Positions 1 through 9,286 of a DNA stretch of 32,000 nt are shown here, piece after piece; within the stretch, counting starts at the first letter, position 1, and each line of letters opens with the position of its first letter. The position numbers and the translations under genes are program-made. The DNA is from Candidatus Saccharimonadota bacterium (GTDB taxonomy: Bacteria > Bacteroidota > Bacteroidia > Cytophagales > Amoebophilaceae). Location: positions 990,001 to 1,022,000 of the forward strand of contig NZ_CP022339.1 in assembly GCF_003351905.1 (NCBI RefSeq). Reading direction: 5' to 3'. Below the pieces are notes generated by a model that was not told the origin of the DNA, did no database searches, and worked only from the letters and a program-made list of their open reading frames with translations.

Positions 1-253
1 GCTGCGCATCACTAGGTGATGCAATAGCCATAGACGTATCTACCGGCTGCTCATCAACTGGCTTTACTACATCATTAGTAGATGCATGCATCTCCATTGG
101 TTCATCTGGTTCATTTTCATTATTGATACCACATCTACTACTATTGCAAGCAGTGACAAAAGGTGATCCTATGATTGCAGCTATTACATAGCGTGATGCA
201 ATATGGCTTATATGTCTTGGTAACTTATATGTATTATTCATGATATGATTCAT
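1..253 (-). CDS. Putative lipoprotein, 5' part only (runs off the window edge)
   Basis: Absent from the ORF track because it is open at the window edge. The reverse complement of 253..1 reads MNHIMNNTYKLPRHISHIASRYVIAAIIGSPFVTACNSSRCGINNENEPDEPMEMH... with no stop. A hydrophobic stretch is followed by a lipobox-like V-T-A-C. An alternative ATG lies at 241..239. Confidence 0.5.
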   Translation of the reverse strand, partial: MNHIMNNTYKLPRHISHIASRYVIAAIIGSPFVTACNSSRCGINNENEPDEPMEMHASTNDVVKPVDEQPVDTSMAIASPSDAQ

Positions 254-529
254 TTTAGATGTATGTTGGTATTATAGAGAGGAAATGTATCCAATGAAAC
301 CTATTCGTTAGATTGATCTATTCTACTTTCCTCCTTTATTTACTATTCACTAGTTTCTAATGCGCTAGATGCTGGATCTACTGGCCTAGTCAAGCGTACT
401 TGAATACTAATTTTGGTTCAAGTCAATAGTAACTATAGCGTGAATTTTATATTAGACATTTTTTTTTTATTTATGCAATACTATAATGGGGTATTTTGCT
501 CAGGCAACTTTTTAACTTGTTTTTGCATG

Positions 530-578
530 CCTTTGCGCAAAGGTTGCTATTGTTTGATACATCAATTTGATACATCAA
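530..578. promoter_or_regulatory. Candidate operator cluster in the divergent region upstream of ftsA
   Basis: A perfect 14-bp palindrome, cctttgcgcaaagg, lies at 530-543. It is followed at 553-578 by two exact tandem copies of the 13-mer tttgatacatcaa. Each copy is itself an inverted repeat (TTGAT-ac-ATCAA). Confidence 0.3.
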
Positions 579-771
579 TAAGTTTTATCAGAATGATGGT
601 TTTATAATCCAGAGGAAATCCACTCATCTTAATTTATTTCGGATAAATTTTAATAAATTGCTATGTTTAATATGCGCCATTTGTTACCAGTCCGTAACGC
701 AGGGTGGGCTAGATTTTGATCTATCCACCTCTGTTTTAGACGCAGTATGATCACCATATATCCTTTTAGAC

Positions 772-2076
772 ATGTCAGAAATTATTGCTAGTCTTGACAT
801 AGGTACCCGTAAAATTTGTGTGGTTATAGGTGCACAAAGCCAGTATGATGCCAATAAACTTGAGGTTTTAGGTATGGGCAGTGCAGCTTCAGATGGGGTG
901 GTACGTGGTATGGTTGTGAATATTGATAAAGCAGCTATGGCGGTCAAGCAAGCCCTACAAGCTGCTGAAGAGGATTCTGGTATCAATATCAATATTGTAA
1001 ACGTGAATGTTTCTGGCAAGCATGTAACAGGCGCCTGCCACCATGGTAGCATTACGAGGGATGCGGTACAAGAAGAAATTACGGTGGAAGATATCAAAAA
1101 GCTTACGGGTGATATGTATCGCATTGTGCCCCCCCTAGGTACAGAAATTGTGCATGCCATGCCGCAGGCCTATACCATAGATTATGAAATTGTAACCCAG
1201 GATCCAGTAGGTATGTCAGGTGTGAAATTAGAGGCTAATTTTCATATCATTACGGCTAAAACCGATGCCATTCAAAACATACATAAATGTATTAAAAAAG
1301 CTGGTGTAGAAGCAGATATGGTTATGGCTTCTGCGTTAGCAGCTGGTTTAGCTATATTGAGTGATGAGGAGAAAGAGGCAGGGGTCTGTTTGATTGATTT
1401 TGGGGATAGTATGATTAATCTGGTGATCTTTTATGATTCCATTATTCGGTATACTGCTACCATTCCACTCGGCGGCCATATGGTAACTTCAGACATCCAA
1501 CAAAGTTGTATGGTTATGGAGCGACAAGCAGAGTTATTAAAGGTAAAATTTGGCAGCGTTGTACCCGATGCTTTAGCTGCTCAAGCAGTAGTAACCATTC
1601 CAGGATTGCGTAATCGTGCACCAAAAGAGTTGGTGACTAGTCATTTGAATAAAATTATACAAGCACGTGTAGAAGAAATCGTCACATTTGTCTATGAAGA
1701 AATGATACGTTCTGGTTTTTATGACAAGCTAGTTGCTGGTATGGTCATAACAGGTGGAAGCGCTAATTTGCCCGGTATGCAATCCATACTTCAGGCAGTA
1801 ACCGGTTTGGATACCCGTTTGGGTTTTCCAGATGAGTATTTAGAAGAGGGTAGTAGAAAACAATTGCGCGATCCTAGCTATGCCACTGCTGTTGGACTTG
1901 CTTTAGCTGGATTTAAAACATTGGATTACAGGGAAGCCTACTATAGAGCAGCGCAATCTCCTGACTTGAATTTTATGAAAAAAAATATTAAAAAATCAAA
2001 AAAAAGCAGTTTTTCTTTTGCACGCATGCTTACCAAAACGAAAGCTTTTTTAGTAGATGATTATGATGACAACTAG
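772..2076 (+). CDS. ftsA: Cell division protein FtsA
   Basis: 434-aa ORF with an actin-fold N-terminus (SLDIGTRKICVVIG) and the ITGGSANLPG motif. It has a basic/amphipathic C-terminal tail and sits immediately upstream of ftsZ. Confidence 0.95.
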   Translation: MSEIIASLDIGTRKICVVIGAQSQYDANKLEVLGMGSAASDGVVRGMVVNIDKAAMAVKQALQAAEEDSGININIVNVNVSGKHVTGACHHGSITRDAVQEEITVEDIKKLTGDMYRIVPPLGTEIVHAMPQAYTIDYEIVTQDPVGMSGVKLEANFHIITAKTDAIQNIHKCIKKAGVEADMVMASALAAGLAILSDEEKEAGVCLIDFGDSMINLVIFYDSIIRYTATIPLGGHMVTSDIQQSCMVMERQAELLKVKFGSVVPDALAAQAVVTIPGLRNRAPKELVTSHLNKIIQARVEEIVTFVYEEMIRSGFYDKLVAGMVITGGSANLPGMQSILQAVTGLDTRLGFPDEYLEEGSRKQLRDPSYATAVGLALAGFKTLDYREAYYRAAQSPDLNFMKKNIKKSKKSSFSFARMLTKTKAFLVDDYDDN

Positions 2077-2152
2077 TAGGGCATTAGCCTGCTTCCGGAA
2101 CTGGTTTAACTGTCTAGATAATAGGTGGTTTGTGCACCTCATTGTGTAAATT

Positions 2153-3568
2153 ATGAAGGATATTACCTATAAGTTTGAGCTACCTGCTCACCACAAATCT
2201 ATTATTAAAGTAATAGGGGTAGGTGGTGGGGGAAGTAATGCCGTAAATAATATGTATAAGCGTGGCATTAAAGATGTTTCCTTTATTGTTTGCAATACAG
2301 ATGTGCAAGCGTTACAAAGTAGCCCTATACCCATTAAGCTTCAAATTGGCGCGGCACTTACCAGTGGGCTAGGCGCTGGTGCCAATCCAGAAGTAGGGCG
2401 CAATGCTGCATTAGAAAGCAAAGAAAGCATTCGAGAATTATTGGATGATGAGACAAAAATGCTTTTCGTTACCGCTGGTATGGGTGGTGGAACCGGAACA
2501 GGCGCGGCCCCTGTCATTGCTAGTGTTGCCCGTAAGCAGGGCATCTTAACGGTTGGTATTGTCACGCTTCCATTTTCATTTGAAGGTAAAAAAAAGCATG
2601 TGCAAGCCCAAGAAGGCATTAATGAATTGCGGAAACATTGTGATACCGTTCTTATCATTTTAAATGATAAAATACAAGCCATATTAGGGGGGCTTTCTAT
2701 TAGTGAAGCGTTTTTAGAGGCAGATAATGTGTTAACCACTGCCGCCAAAAGCATTGCGGAGATTATTACGGTACCTGGTTATGTAAATGTAGATTTTGAG
2801 GATGTCAAGACAGTAATGAAAAATGCAGGAGCAGCGGTTATGGGCTCTGGTGAAGCGGAGGGTGAAGGCAGGGCATTACAGGCGGCTGAAACCGCGCTGG
2901 CCTCTCCTTTGTTAGACTATACAGATATCCGGGGTGCAAAAAAGATCCTCTTATCTATTGTTTCTGGTAAAGCAGCCGAGCTACAAATGGATGAGTTGAC
3001 AATTATTACCAATTATATACAAGAGCAGACGGGCAATGATGCGGAAATGATTTTTGGTCATGGTTCTGATCCAGAAATGTCAGAAAGTATTAGGGTAACC
3101 GTTATTGCTACTGGATTTAATAGAGAAGAAGAGGTAGAAAATTACCATCTGTTTGAGGACCCAAAGCCGAATATGATGCACCTTGGTGCTGAAATGTCCC
3201 ATCATCCACCATCTAGTAAGCAGGGCTTGGCTGCTGATGCGGCCAAATCAGTGATGGAGGTAACCTCACAATCACCTAAGAAAAGAATAAAGGAAGCTGG
3301 TGAAGAAGCTGCGGTACAGTTGCCCTTACCTTTTGGTGCGCCTCAGGAAGTAGCGTTGGAAACAAGTTGCCCATATGGACATGCGGTGCCTACGTATGCC
3401 AAACCTGGCACACCACCCAGAAGCTGGGAAGACCGTTATGTAAAAGAACAGTTAGAGATTCCGACTTATGTAAGAAAAAAAGTACTACTCGACCCTGTAG
3501 ATGCGGAGACCCAAAAAAAGTGGACACGCTATCGATTAGATGATGCATTAGATAGCCCTGATTCATAA
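2153..3568 (+). CDS. ftsZ: Cell division GTPase FtsZ
   Basis: Carries the tubulin signature GGGTGTGAAPVIA and the N-terminal IKVIGVGGGGSNAVN motif. The C-terminal FtsA-binding peptide is LEIPTYVRKK. Confidence 0.97.
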   Translation: MKDITYKFELPAHHKSIIKVIGVGGGGSNAVNNMYKRGIKDVSFIVCNTDVQALQSSPIPIKLQIGAALTSGLGAGANPEVGRNAALESKESIRELLDDETKMLFVTAGMGGGTGTGAAPVIASVARKQGILTVGIVTLPFSFEGKKKHVQAQEGINELRKHCDTVLIILNDKIQAILGGLSISEAFLEADNVLTTAAKSIAEIITVPGYVNVDFEDVKTVMKNAGAAVMGSGEAEGEGRALQAAETALASPLLDYTDIRGAKKILLSIVSGKAAELQMDELTIITNYIQEQTGNDAEMIFGHGSDPEMSESIRVTVIATGFNREEEVENYHLFEDPKPNMMHLGAEMSHHPPSSKQGLAADAAKSVMEVTSQSPKKRIKEAGEEAAVQLPLPFGAPQEVALETSCPYGHAVPTYAKPGTPPRSWEDRYVKEQLEIPTYVRKKVLLDPVDAETQKKWTRYRLDDALDSPDS

Positions 3569-3678
3569 CTGGAGCAGATATGCAGTCGGATGCGTTGTGA
3601 AAAAAGTAGACCAAACATGCTGAATGCATTTGTGTAATTTTTTTAAAATGCTTAAATTGCCTATCCCTTAATTACGTT

Positions 3679-3751
3679 GGTGATGTAGCTCAGTCGGTAG
3701 AGCATCGGACTGAAAATCCGTGGGTCGGAGGTTCGAGTCCTCTCATCACCA
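3679..3751 (+). tRNA. tRNA-Phe (anticodon GAA)
   Basis: 73-nt cloverleaf. The acceptor stem is GGTGATG/CATCACC, the D arm is GCTC-AGTCGGTA-GAGC, and the anticodon loop is CTGAAAA. The T arm is GGAGG-TTCGAGT-CCTCT and the discriminator is A. CCA is not encoded. Confidence 0.93.
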
Positions 3752-3805
3752 CTTTATACCTGTACAGTAGACTGCTTGCCAAACGCGTTTATTACCCATA
3801 CCAAA

Positions 3806-6800
3806 ATGTTGCATCAACTTTTTTCTAAAATTTTTACTTCCAAGAAAGAGAAACAACACCGTTTTTATAATCAAAAAGTAGCTGAGATCAATCAAAATTG
3901 TCAGTTATTGTCAGCTCTTTCCCATGATCAATTACGGGAAGAAGTTAGGGTTATTCGCCAAGAGATCGCTACACATTTGCAACCTATTGCATCTGAAATG
4001 GAGCGACTCAGTAGATCAATGGATGAACAGCTGACCGATGCGTTGGCTACTGCGCATGCAAGCCTAGAGGGGTATAAGCGTTTGGAGGAGTTAAAAAAAC
4101 AACATAAAGCGGCGTTGGCTACCATTTTAGATCAGGTATTGGTGCGGGTCTTTGCCATTGTAAAAGAAACTGCGCGCCGTTTTAAGGATCATAGCCAGTT
4201 AAGAGTTGTTGCCAATGACCATGATCAAGCCATTGCTACCCGTAAGCCTTATGTAACCATAGCCGGCAATCAAGCCATTTGGCAAAATAGATGGCCCGTA
4301 AGTGAACACATCGTTGTTTGGGCAATGGTTCATTATGATGTGCAATTGATAGGTGGGATGGTCTTGCATCAAGGGAAAATAGCTGAAATGGCTACTGGTG
4401 AGGGTAAAACGTTGATTACCACCCTAGCTGCCTTTTTAAATGCATTAAGCAATGAAGGTGTGCATGTGGTTACGGTAAACGACTACTTAGCTAAGAGAGA
4501 TGCGGAATGGATGGCACCTATTTTTGAGTTTCATGGTTTTACGGTAGACTGCATAGATAACTACCCTGCCTACTCCATCGAGCGACAACGTGCCTATCAA
4601 GCAGATATTATATTTGGTACCAATAATGAGTTTGGGTTTGATTACCTCAGGGACAATATGGCAACAGATGCCAGTGATTTGGTACAGCGTGCCCACTATT
4701 TTGCTATTGTAGATGAAGTAGACTCTGTACTGATCGATGATGCTAGAACACCACTTATCATTTCAGGTCCTGTAGAAGAGAGTGATGAGCATATTTATAA
4801 AGAGTTGGCGCCTAAAATTGCACAGGTTTATGCGCTACAAAAGGAGCTAGTGATTAAGCTGTTGCAAGAAGCAAAGCAAAAAATCAAAGCAGGTAACGTA
4901 GAGGAAGGAGGGCTTGCCCTTTTTCGTGCGTATAGAGGGTTGCCTAAATACAAACCTTTGATTAAGTTTCTTAGCGAAAAAGGGATGCGTCAGATCCTAG
5001 ATAATGTAGAATCTTATTACATACAGGAAAATGCGAAGATGATGCCTGAAGCAGACCAACCGCTTTTCTTTTCCATTGATGAAAGGCACAACAATGTTGA
5101 GATTACTGAAAAGGGGCTTACCTATTTAACGGAGCAAGAAAACGATCCCTCTTTCTTTGTATTACCAGATGTAGCCGCCCACATTGCAGCTATTGAGAAC
5201 GATACGGCTTTGACGCATGAAGAAAGTCTTGCCAAGCGCGCTTATTTTCAGCAAACCTATAAGGTAAAAGCACAACGCATTCATGCCCTGCATCAGTTGT
5301 TAAAAGCATATGCCTTGTTTGAAAAAGATGTCGCCTATATTGTAGCCAAGGGTAAGGTAAAAATTGTAGATGAACAAACCGGGCGCGTATTAGACGGGCG
5401 TAGATATTCAGATGGTCTACACCAAGCCTTAGAAGCCAAAGAGGGCGTTAAGATTGAAAAACCCTCTCAAACCTATGCTTCCATTACCCTTCAGAGCTAC
5501 TTTCATATGTATGATAAGTTAGCGGGTATGACCGGTACAGCGGAAACAGATGCAGAGGAATTTTGGGATATTTATGGCCTTGCAGTAGTACCTATTCCTA
5601 CCCATAGGCCACTGTTACGGGAAGATAGAGAAGATAAGATTTACAAAACAGTACGGGAAAAATTTAATGCCATCATTGAAGAAATTGTCGCCTTATCGAG
5701 TCAAGGGAGACCAGTTTTAGTGGGTACTACTTCTGTAGAAATATCTGAATTGGTGAGTAAGATGCTTGCTTTTCGTAAAATTCCCCATCAGATTTTAAAT
5801 GCAAAACACCATCAAAAAGAAGCAGAAATAGTAGCGCAAGCTGGTATTGCTGGTACCGTTACCATTGCTACCAATATGGCGGGTCGTGGTACCGATATTA
5901 AATTGACCCAACCCTCAAAAGAGTCCGGTGGGTTGGCTATTATTGGTACAGAGCGCCATGAGTCAAGGCGTGTAGACAGGCAGTTGCGTGGCCGTTCTGG
6001 GCGACAAGGCGATCCAGGTTCTTCGCAGTTTTTCCTTTCTTTAGAAGATAGTTTAATGCGGCTCTTTGGCTCTGATAGAATTGCTGCTATAATGGATAGA
6101 ATTGGTTTAGAAGAGGGGGAAGTGATTCAACATAGTATGGTGAGTAGGTCTATCGAAAGGGCACAAAAAAAAGTAGAGCAGAACAACTTTGCGATGCGCA
6201 AACGTTTGTTAGAGTATGATCGTGAAATGGGTACCCATCGTGGTGCCGTTTATCAACGGCGAAACCATGCCTTATTGGGTAAAGGCGTAGAGGTGGATAT
6301 TATGCATATGCTCTACGATACCGTTAACAATATCATAGAGCATGAAGATAGCAAACAAGAAGCCAGTTTTCTAAACCCGATTTTTTCCACTGTATTTGGC
6401 GAAACTTTTGCAGCATCATTTTTTGAAGGTAAAAAGAAAGAAGTGCTGGTAGAAGCTATCTATCAGCAGCTGATGCAGGTATATTACCAGCGCACTACAG
6501 CGTTGCAAAAGCGGTTATTTGACTATTTTACAGCATCTTCTGTAGGGAATGGAGCTCGTTTCGAAGCCCCCTTTTTTGATGGAAAAATATATATTAGTGC
6601 TACGGCTTACCCTACTACCTTTGTGGCATCTGGTGGCAGAGCGCTCATTAAAAATTTAGAATGCATGGTTGTCCTGCATGTCATTGATCAACATTGGAAA
6701 AGTCATTTACGGGTCATGGATGATTTAAAGCAATCGGTTCAAAATGCGATTTATGAAAGGCAAGATCCGATTATAACCTTTAAGTTTGAAGCTTACCACT

Positions 6801-6916
6801 TATTTAGAAAATTTATGGCTACCGTAAGCCAAGAAATTATTTCTTTTTTGTTTCATGCATCCCTTTATGTACAATTGCCAGTTGGTCCAGAAGCGCAACC
6901 AGGTAAAAAAGAGTAA
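3806..6916 (+). CDS. secA: Preprotein translocase ATPase SecA
   Basis: Motor motifs MATGEGKT, DEVDSVLIDDARTPLIISG and TNMAGRGTDIKL are present. The ATG at 3806 gives a canonical MLHQLFSKIF N-terminus. The ORF-track TTG at 3776 is a less likely start. Confidence 0.95.
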   Translation: MLHQLFSKIFTSKKEKQHRFYNQKVAEINQNCQLLSALSHDQLREEVRVIRQEIATHLQPIASEMERLSRSMDEQLTDALATAHASLEGYKRLEELKKQHKAALATILDQVLVRVFAIVKETARRFKDHSQLRVVANDHDQAIATRKPYVTIAGNQAIWQNRWPVSEHIVVWAMVHYDVQLIGGMVLHQGKIAEMATGEGKTLITTLAAFLNALSNEGVHVVTVNDYLAKRDAEWMAPIFEFHGFTVDCIDNYPAYSIERQRAYQADIIFGTNNEFGFDYLRDNMATDASDLVQRAHYFAIVDEVDSVLIDDARTPLIISGPVEESDEHIYKELAPKIAQVYALQKELVIKLLQEAKQKIKAGNVEEGGLALFRAYRGLPKYKPLIKFLSEKGMRQILDNVESYYIQENAKMMPEADQPLFFSIDERHNNVEITEKGLTYLTEQENDPSFFVLPDVAAHIAAIENDTALTHEESLAKRAYFQQTYKVKAQRIHALHQLLKAYALFEKDVAYIVAKGKVKIVDEQTGRVLDGRRYSDGLHQALEAKEGVKIEKPSQTYASITLQSYFHMYDKLAGMTGTAETDAEEFWDIYGLAVVPIPTHRPLLREDREDKIYKTVREKFNAIIEEIVALSSQGRPVLVGTTSVEISELVSKMLAFRKIPHQILNAKHHQKEAEIVAQAGIAGTVTIATNMAGRGTDIKLTQPSKESGGLAIIGTERHESRRVDRQLRGRSGRQGDPGSSQFFLSLEDSLMRLFGSDRIAAIMDRIGLEEGEVIQHSMVSRSIERAQKKVEQNNFAMRKRLLEYDREMGTHRGAVYQRRNHALLGKGVEVDIMHMLYDTVNNIIEHEDSKQEASFLNPIFSTVFGETFAASFFEGKKKEVLVEAIYQQLMQVYYQRTTALQKRLFDYFTASSVGNGARFEAPFFDGKIYISATAYPTTFVASGGRALIKNLECMVVLHVIDQHWKSHLRVMDDLKQSVQNAIYERQDPIITFKFEAYHLFRKFMATVSQEIISFLFHASLYVQLPVGPEAQPGKKE

Positions 6917-6996
6917 CAGGTATCATCGATCTCCTACTTATAACGCTGCGCATACGCTGCTGAATACACCTTAATACAGCTGATAAGCATTGCGTT

Positions 6997-8937
6997 ATGC
7001 ATCCATATATGAACAGATTACACAATAAAATGATGCACATTCTAATAGATGGCCAGCAAAGGTCATTTCCCAAGGGGAGTACGGGTTTAACTATTGCCCA
7101 ACAAGTAGGGGTACCCATGGATATTTTAGCCGTTCAGGTCAATGAGGAAGTCTATGACCTTACCCGTTCTATTGAAATAGATGCCACCATTCGTTTCCTT
7201 AGATGGGAAGACGATGCAGGCAAGCAACTTTTTTGGCACTCTTCTGCCCACCTTTTGGCGGCAGCTTTGGAATGCCTTTATCCTGGTGTTAAATTTGGTA
7301 TAGGTCCTCCCATCGCGCAAGGTTTCTATTATGATGTAGATTTAGGTGCCCATGGTCCTGATACCTTAGACCTAGAAGCCATAGAAAAAACAATTATTAC
7401 GCTGGCGCAGCGAAAAGATCCATTTATCCGTCGATCGGTTTCCAAACAAGAAGCGGTTGACTTTTTTACTAAAAAAAAAGATCCGTATAAGTTAGAATTA
7501 CTAGAAGGGCTAGCGGATGGGACTATTACCTTTTATCAACAAGGCGACTTTGTCGATCTATGTAAAGGCGCCCATCTGCCCCATACTGGATGGGTGAAGG
7601 CTGTTAAAATTTTAAATGTTTCAGGTGCCTACTGGCGGGGTAATGAGAAAAACAAACAACTTACCCGTATCTATGGCATCACCTTTCCAACTAAAAAAGA
7701 ATTGGCTGATTTTCTACATGTTAGAGAAGAAGCCCAAAAAAGAAGTCATGTCAAAATAGGGCAAGCACTTGGCTTGTTCACTTTTTCTGAGCGGGTAGGG
7801 CTGGGCCTACCGCTCTGGTTGCCTAAGGGTGCGCTATTGTGTGATGCCTTGGTGCAATTCCTTAAAAAAGAGCAAATCAAGCGTGGCTATCAGCCGGTGA
7901 TTACCCCTCATATTGGCCATAAGGCATTATATATCACCTCTGGCCATTATGAAAAGTATCAATCGGATTGTTTTCAACCCATTCGTACGGCAGAAGAGGA
8001 ATATCTCTTAAAGCCCATGAATTGTCCCCATCATTGTGAGATTTACAACAGTGCACCCCGTTCTTATAAAGAATTGCCCATCCGTTTGGCAGAATTTGGA
8101 ACCGTCTATCGATACGAGTTACATGGTGCTTTACATGGTTTAACTCGAACCCGTTGTTTTACGCAGGATGATGCCCACATTTTTTGCCGTTCCGACCAAG
8201 TGGCAGAAGAATTTGCTAAAGTAATTGATTTGGTCCTTTATATATTTGGTCTGTTGGGTTTTGAAACCTATACCGCACAACTCTCTTTTAGAGACCCTAA
8301 TAGAGATAAATATATCGGTCAGGCGGCAGACTGGGATTTGGCCGAAGCAGCGATTCAAACGATAACCCAAGAAAAAGGTTTGCAAACCACTGTTGTGCTT
8401 GGGGAGGCTGCTTTTTATGGTCCAAAAGTTGATTTTATGGTAAAGGATGTGTTGGGGCGTAGTTGGCAATTGGGTACCGTTCAGTTGGATTACCAATTGC
8501 CTATGCGTTTTGATTTGACCTATATTGGGGCTGATGGCCAAAGGCATCGACCCGTTATGATCCATCGTGCACCATTCGGTTCCCTGGAGCGATTTATAGC
8601 TATCCTTATTGAGCATACAGGTGGTAAATTCCCGCTCTGGCTCGCGCCGGAACAGGTAGCTCTTTTATCGCTTTCTGAGAAATATAATGGTTATGCTACC
8701 ACTGTAACACAAAAGCTATTGGCAGAGGGTATTCGAGCCACATTAGATAGCCGAAATGAAACCATTGGAAAAAAAATTCGTGAAACCACCTTGCGCAAGG
8801 TTCCTTATATTGTAGTAGTAGGGGAAAAAGAAATGGCCAGTACAACCGTTGCCGTACGCCAACAAGATGGACAAATCAGTATGGCTTTACATGACTTTAT
8901 CCAGCAAGTTTGTGCGGAGGTGGCTATGCCTTACTAA
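6997..8937 (+). CDS. thrS: Threonine--tRNA ligase
   Basis: Has an N-terminal TGS-like segment, an editing-domain HSSAHLLAAA motif, and class II core motifs (MNCPHHCEIY, FTQDDAHIF, MIHRAPFGSLERFI). The true start may be the MM at 7030/7033 (MMHILIDG...). Confidence 0.95.
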   Translation: MHPYMNRLHNKMMHILIDGQQRSFPKGSTGLTIAQQVGVPMDILAVQVNEEVYDLTRSIEIDATIRFLRWEDDAGKQLFWHSSAHLLAAALECLYPGVKFGIGPPIAQGFYYDVDLGAHGPDTLDLEAIEKTIITLAQRKDPFIRRSVSKQEAVDFFTKKKDPYKLELLEGLADGTITFYQQGDFVDLCKGAHLPHTGWVKAVKILNVSGAYWRGNEKNKQLTRIYGITFPTKKELADFLHVREEAQKRSHVKIGQALGLFTFSERVGLGLPLWLPKGALLCDALVQFLKKEQIKRGYQPVITPHIGHKALYITSGHYEKYQSDCFQPIRTAEEEYLLKPMNCPHHCEIYNSAPRSYKELPIRLAEFGTVYRYELHGALHGLTRTRCFTQDDAHIFCRSDQVAEEFAKVIDLVLYIFGLLGFETYTAQLSFRDPNRDKYIGQAADWDLAEAAIQTITQEKGLQTTVVLGEAAFYGPKVDFMVKDVLGRSWQLGTVQLDYQLPMRFDLTYIGADGQRHRPVMIHRAPFGSLERFIAILIEHTGGKFPLWLAPEQVALLSLSEKYNGYATTVTQKLLAEGIRATLDSRNETIGKKIRETTLRKVPYIVVVGEKEMASTTVAVRQQDGQISMALHDFIQQVCAEVAMPY

Positions 8938-9021
8938 CCCATACTAACCCATGTCGTGCATAGACACTGTAATTTAGGCCATGCCTATAATTGGATGATG
9001 TCTATATAACTTAAATAAGTT

Positions 9022-9213
9022 ATGAGGATCGTTTTGAAATGGTTGAGGATAGAAGCGGGTACAATCGAGCAAGCGCGCAACGAAGGCATCCAAATAGGAG
9101 AAGCGCAAAGAAACATAGCAATCGCTAAGGCAATGCTACAAGAAGACGAGACTGCAGATAAGATTATGCGTTTTACAGGTTTATCCATCCAACAAATAAA
9201 GCAACTCCTATAG
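9022..9213 (+). pseudogene. Orphan 3' remnant of an Rpn-family (PD-(D/E)XK nuclease / putative transposase) gene
   Basis: The 63-aa ORF tail QARNEGIQIGEAQRNIAIAKAMLQEDETADKIMRFTGLSIQQIKQLL aligns with the C-terminus of the full-length gene at 10826-11785 (QARKEGKIEG...IEIAQVMLQKGYPIDDIVLLTGLSSSHIEQLI). No nuclease domain lies upstream. Confidence 0.5.
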
Positions 9214-9286
9214 GCTAACTAAATGCGATCGAAAGTAGCTATTTTTTAGTTTATCAAGCACAACTAAGGTAACTTTTCCTAAAATT

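Noticed and set aside
413-607. 64-aa + strand ORF in the ftsA upstream region
   Set aside because: It has a TTG start and an odd Phe/Cys-rich composition. It overlaps palindromes and tandem repeats that look regulatory, and I recognise no family resemblance.
684-1160. 158-aa - strand ORF, plus similar antisense or alternate-frame ORFs (2341-2754, 8140-8616, 9395-9820, 9547-9768, 13563-13769, 19804-20034, 20854-21057, 23117-23353, 29817-30065, 31380-31908 and others)
   Set aside because: All lie entirely inside strongly supported genes on the opposite strand or in another frame. Their compositions are typical of shadow ORFs.
3776-3805. TTG-initiated 10-codon N-terminal extension of secA from the ORF track
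   Set aside because: It begins only 25 nt after the tRNA-Phe end. The ATG at 3806 reproduces the conserved SecA N-terminus.
8933-8952. Exact 10-bp tandem duplication actaacccat x2 covering the thrS stop codon
   Set aside because: It is real in the sequence, but it is a single short duplication. It could be a slippage event or an excision footprint, and there is no way to tell from this window.
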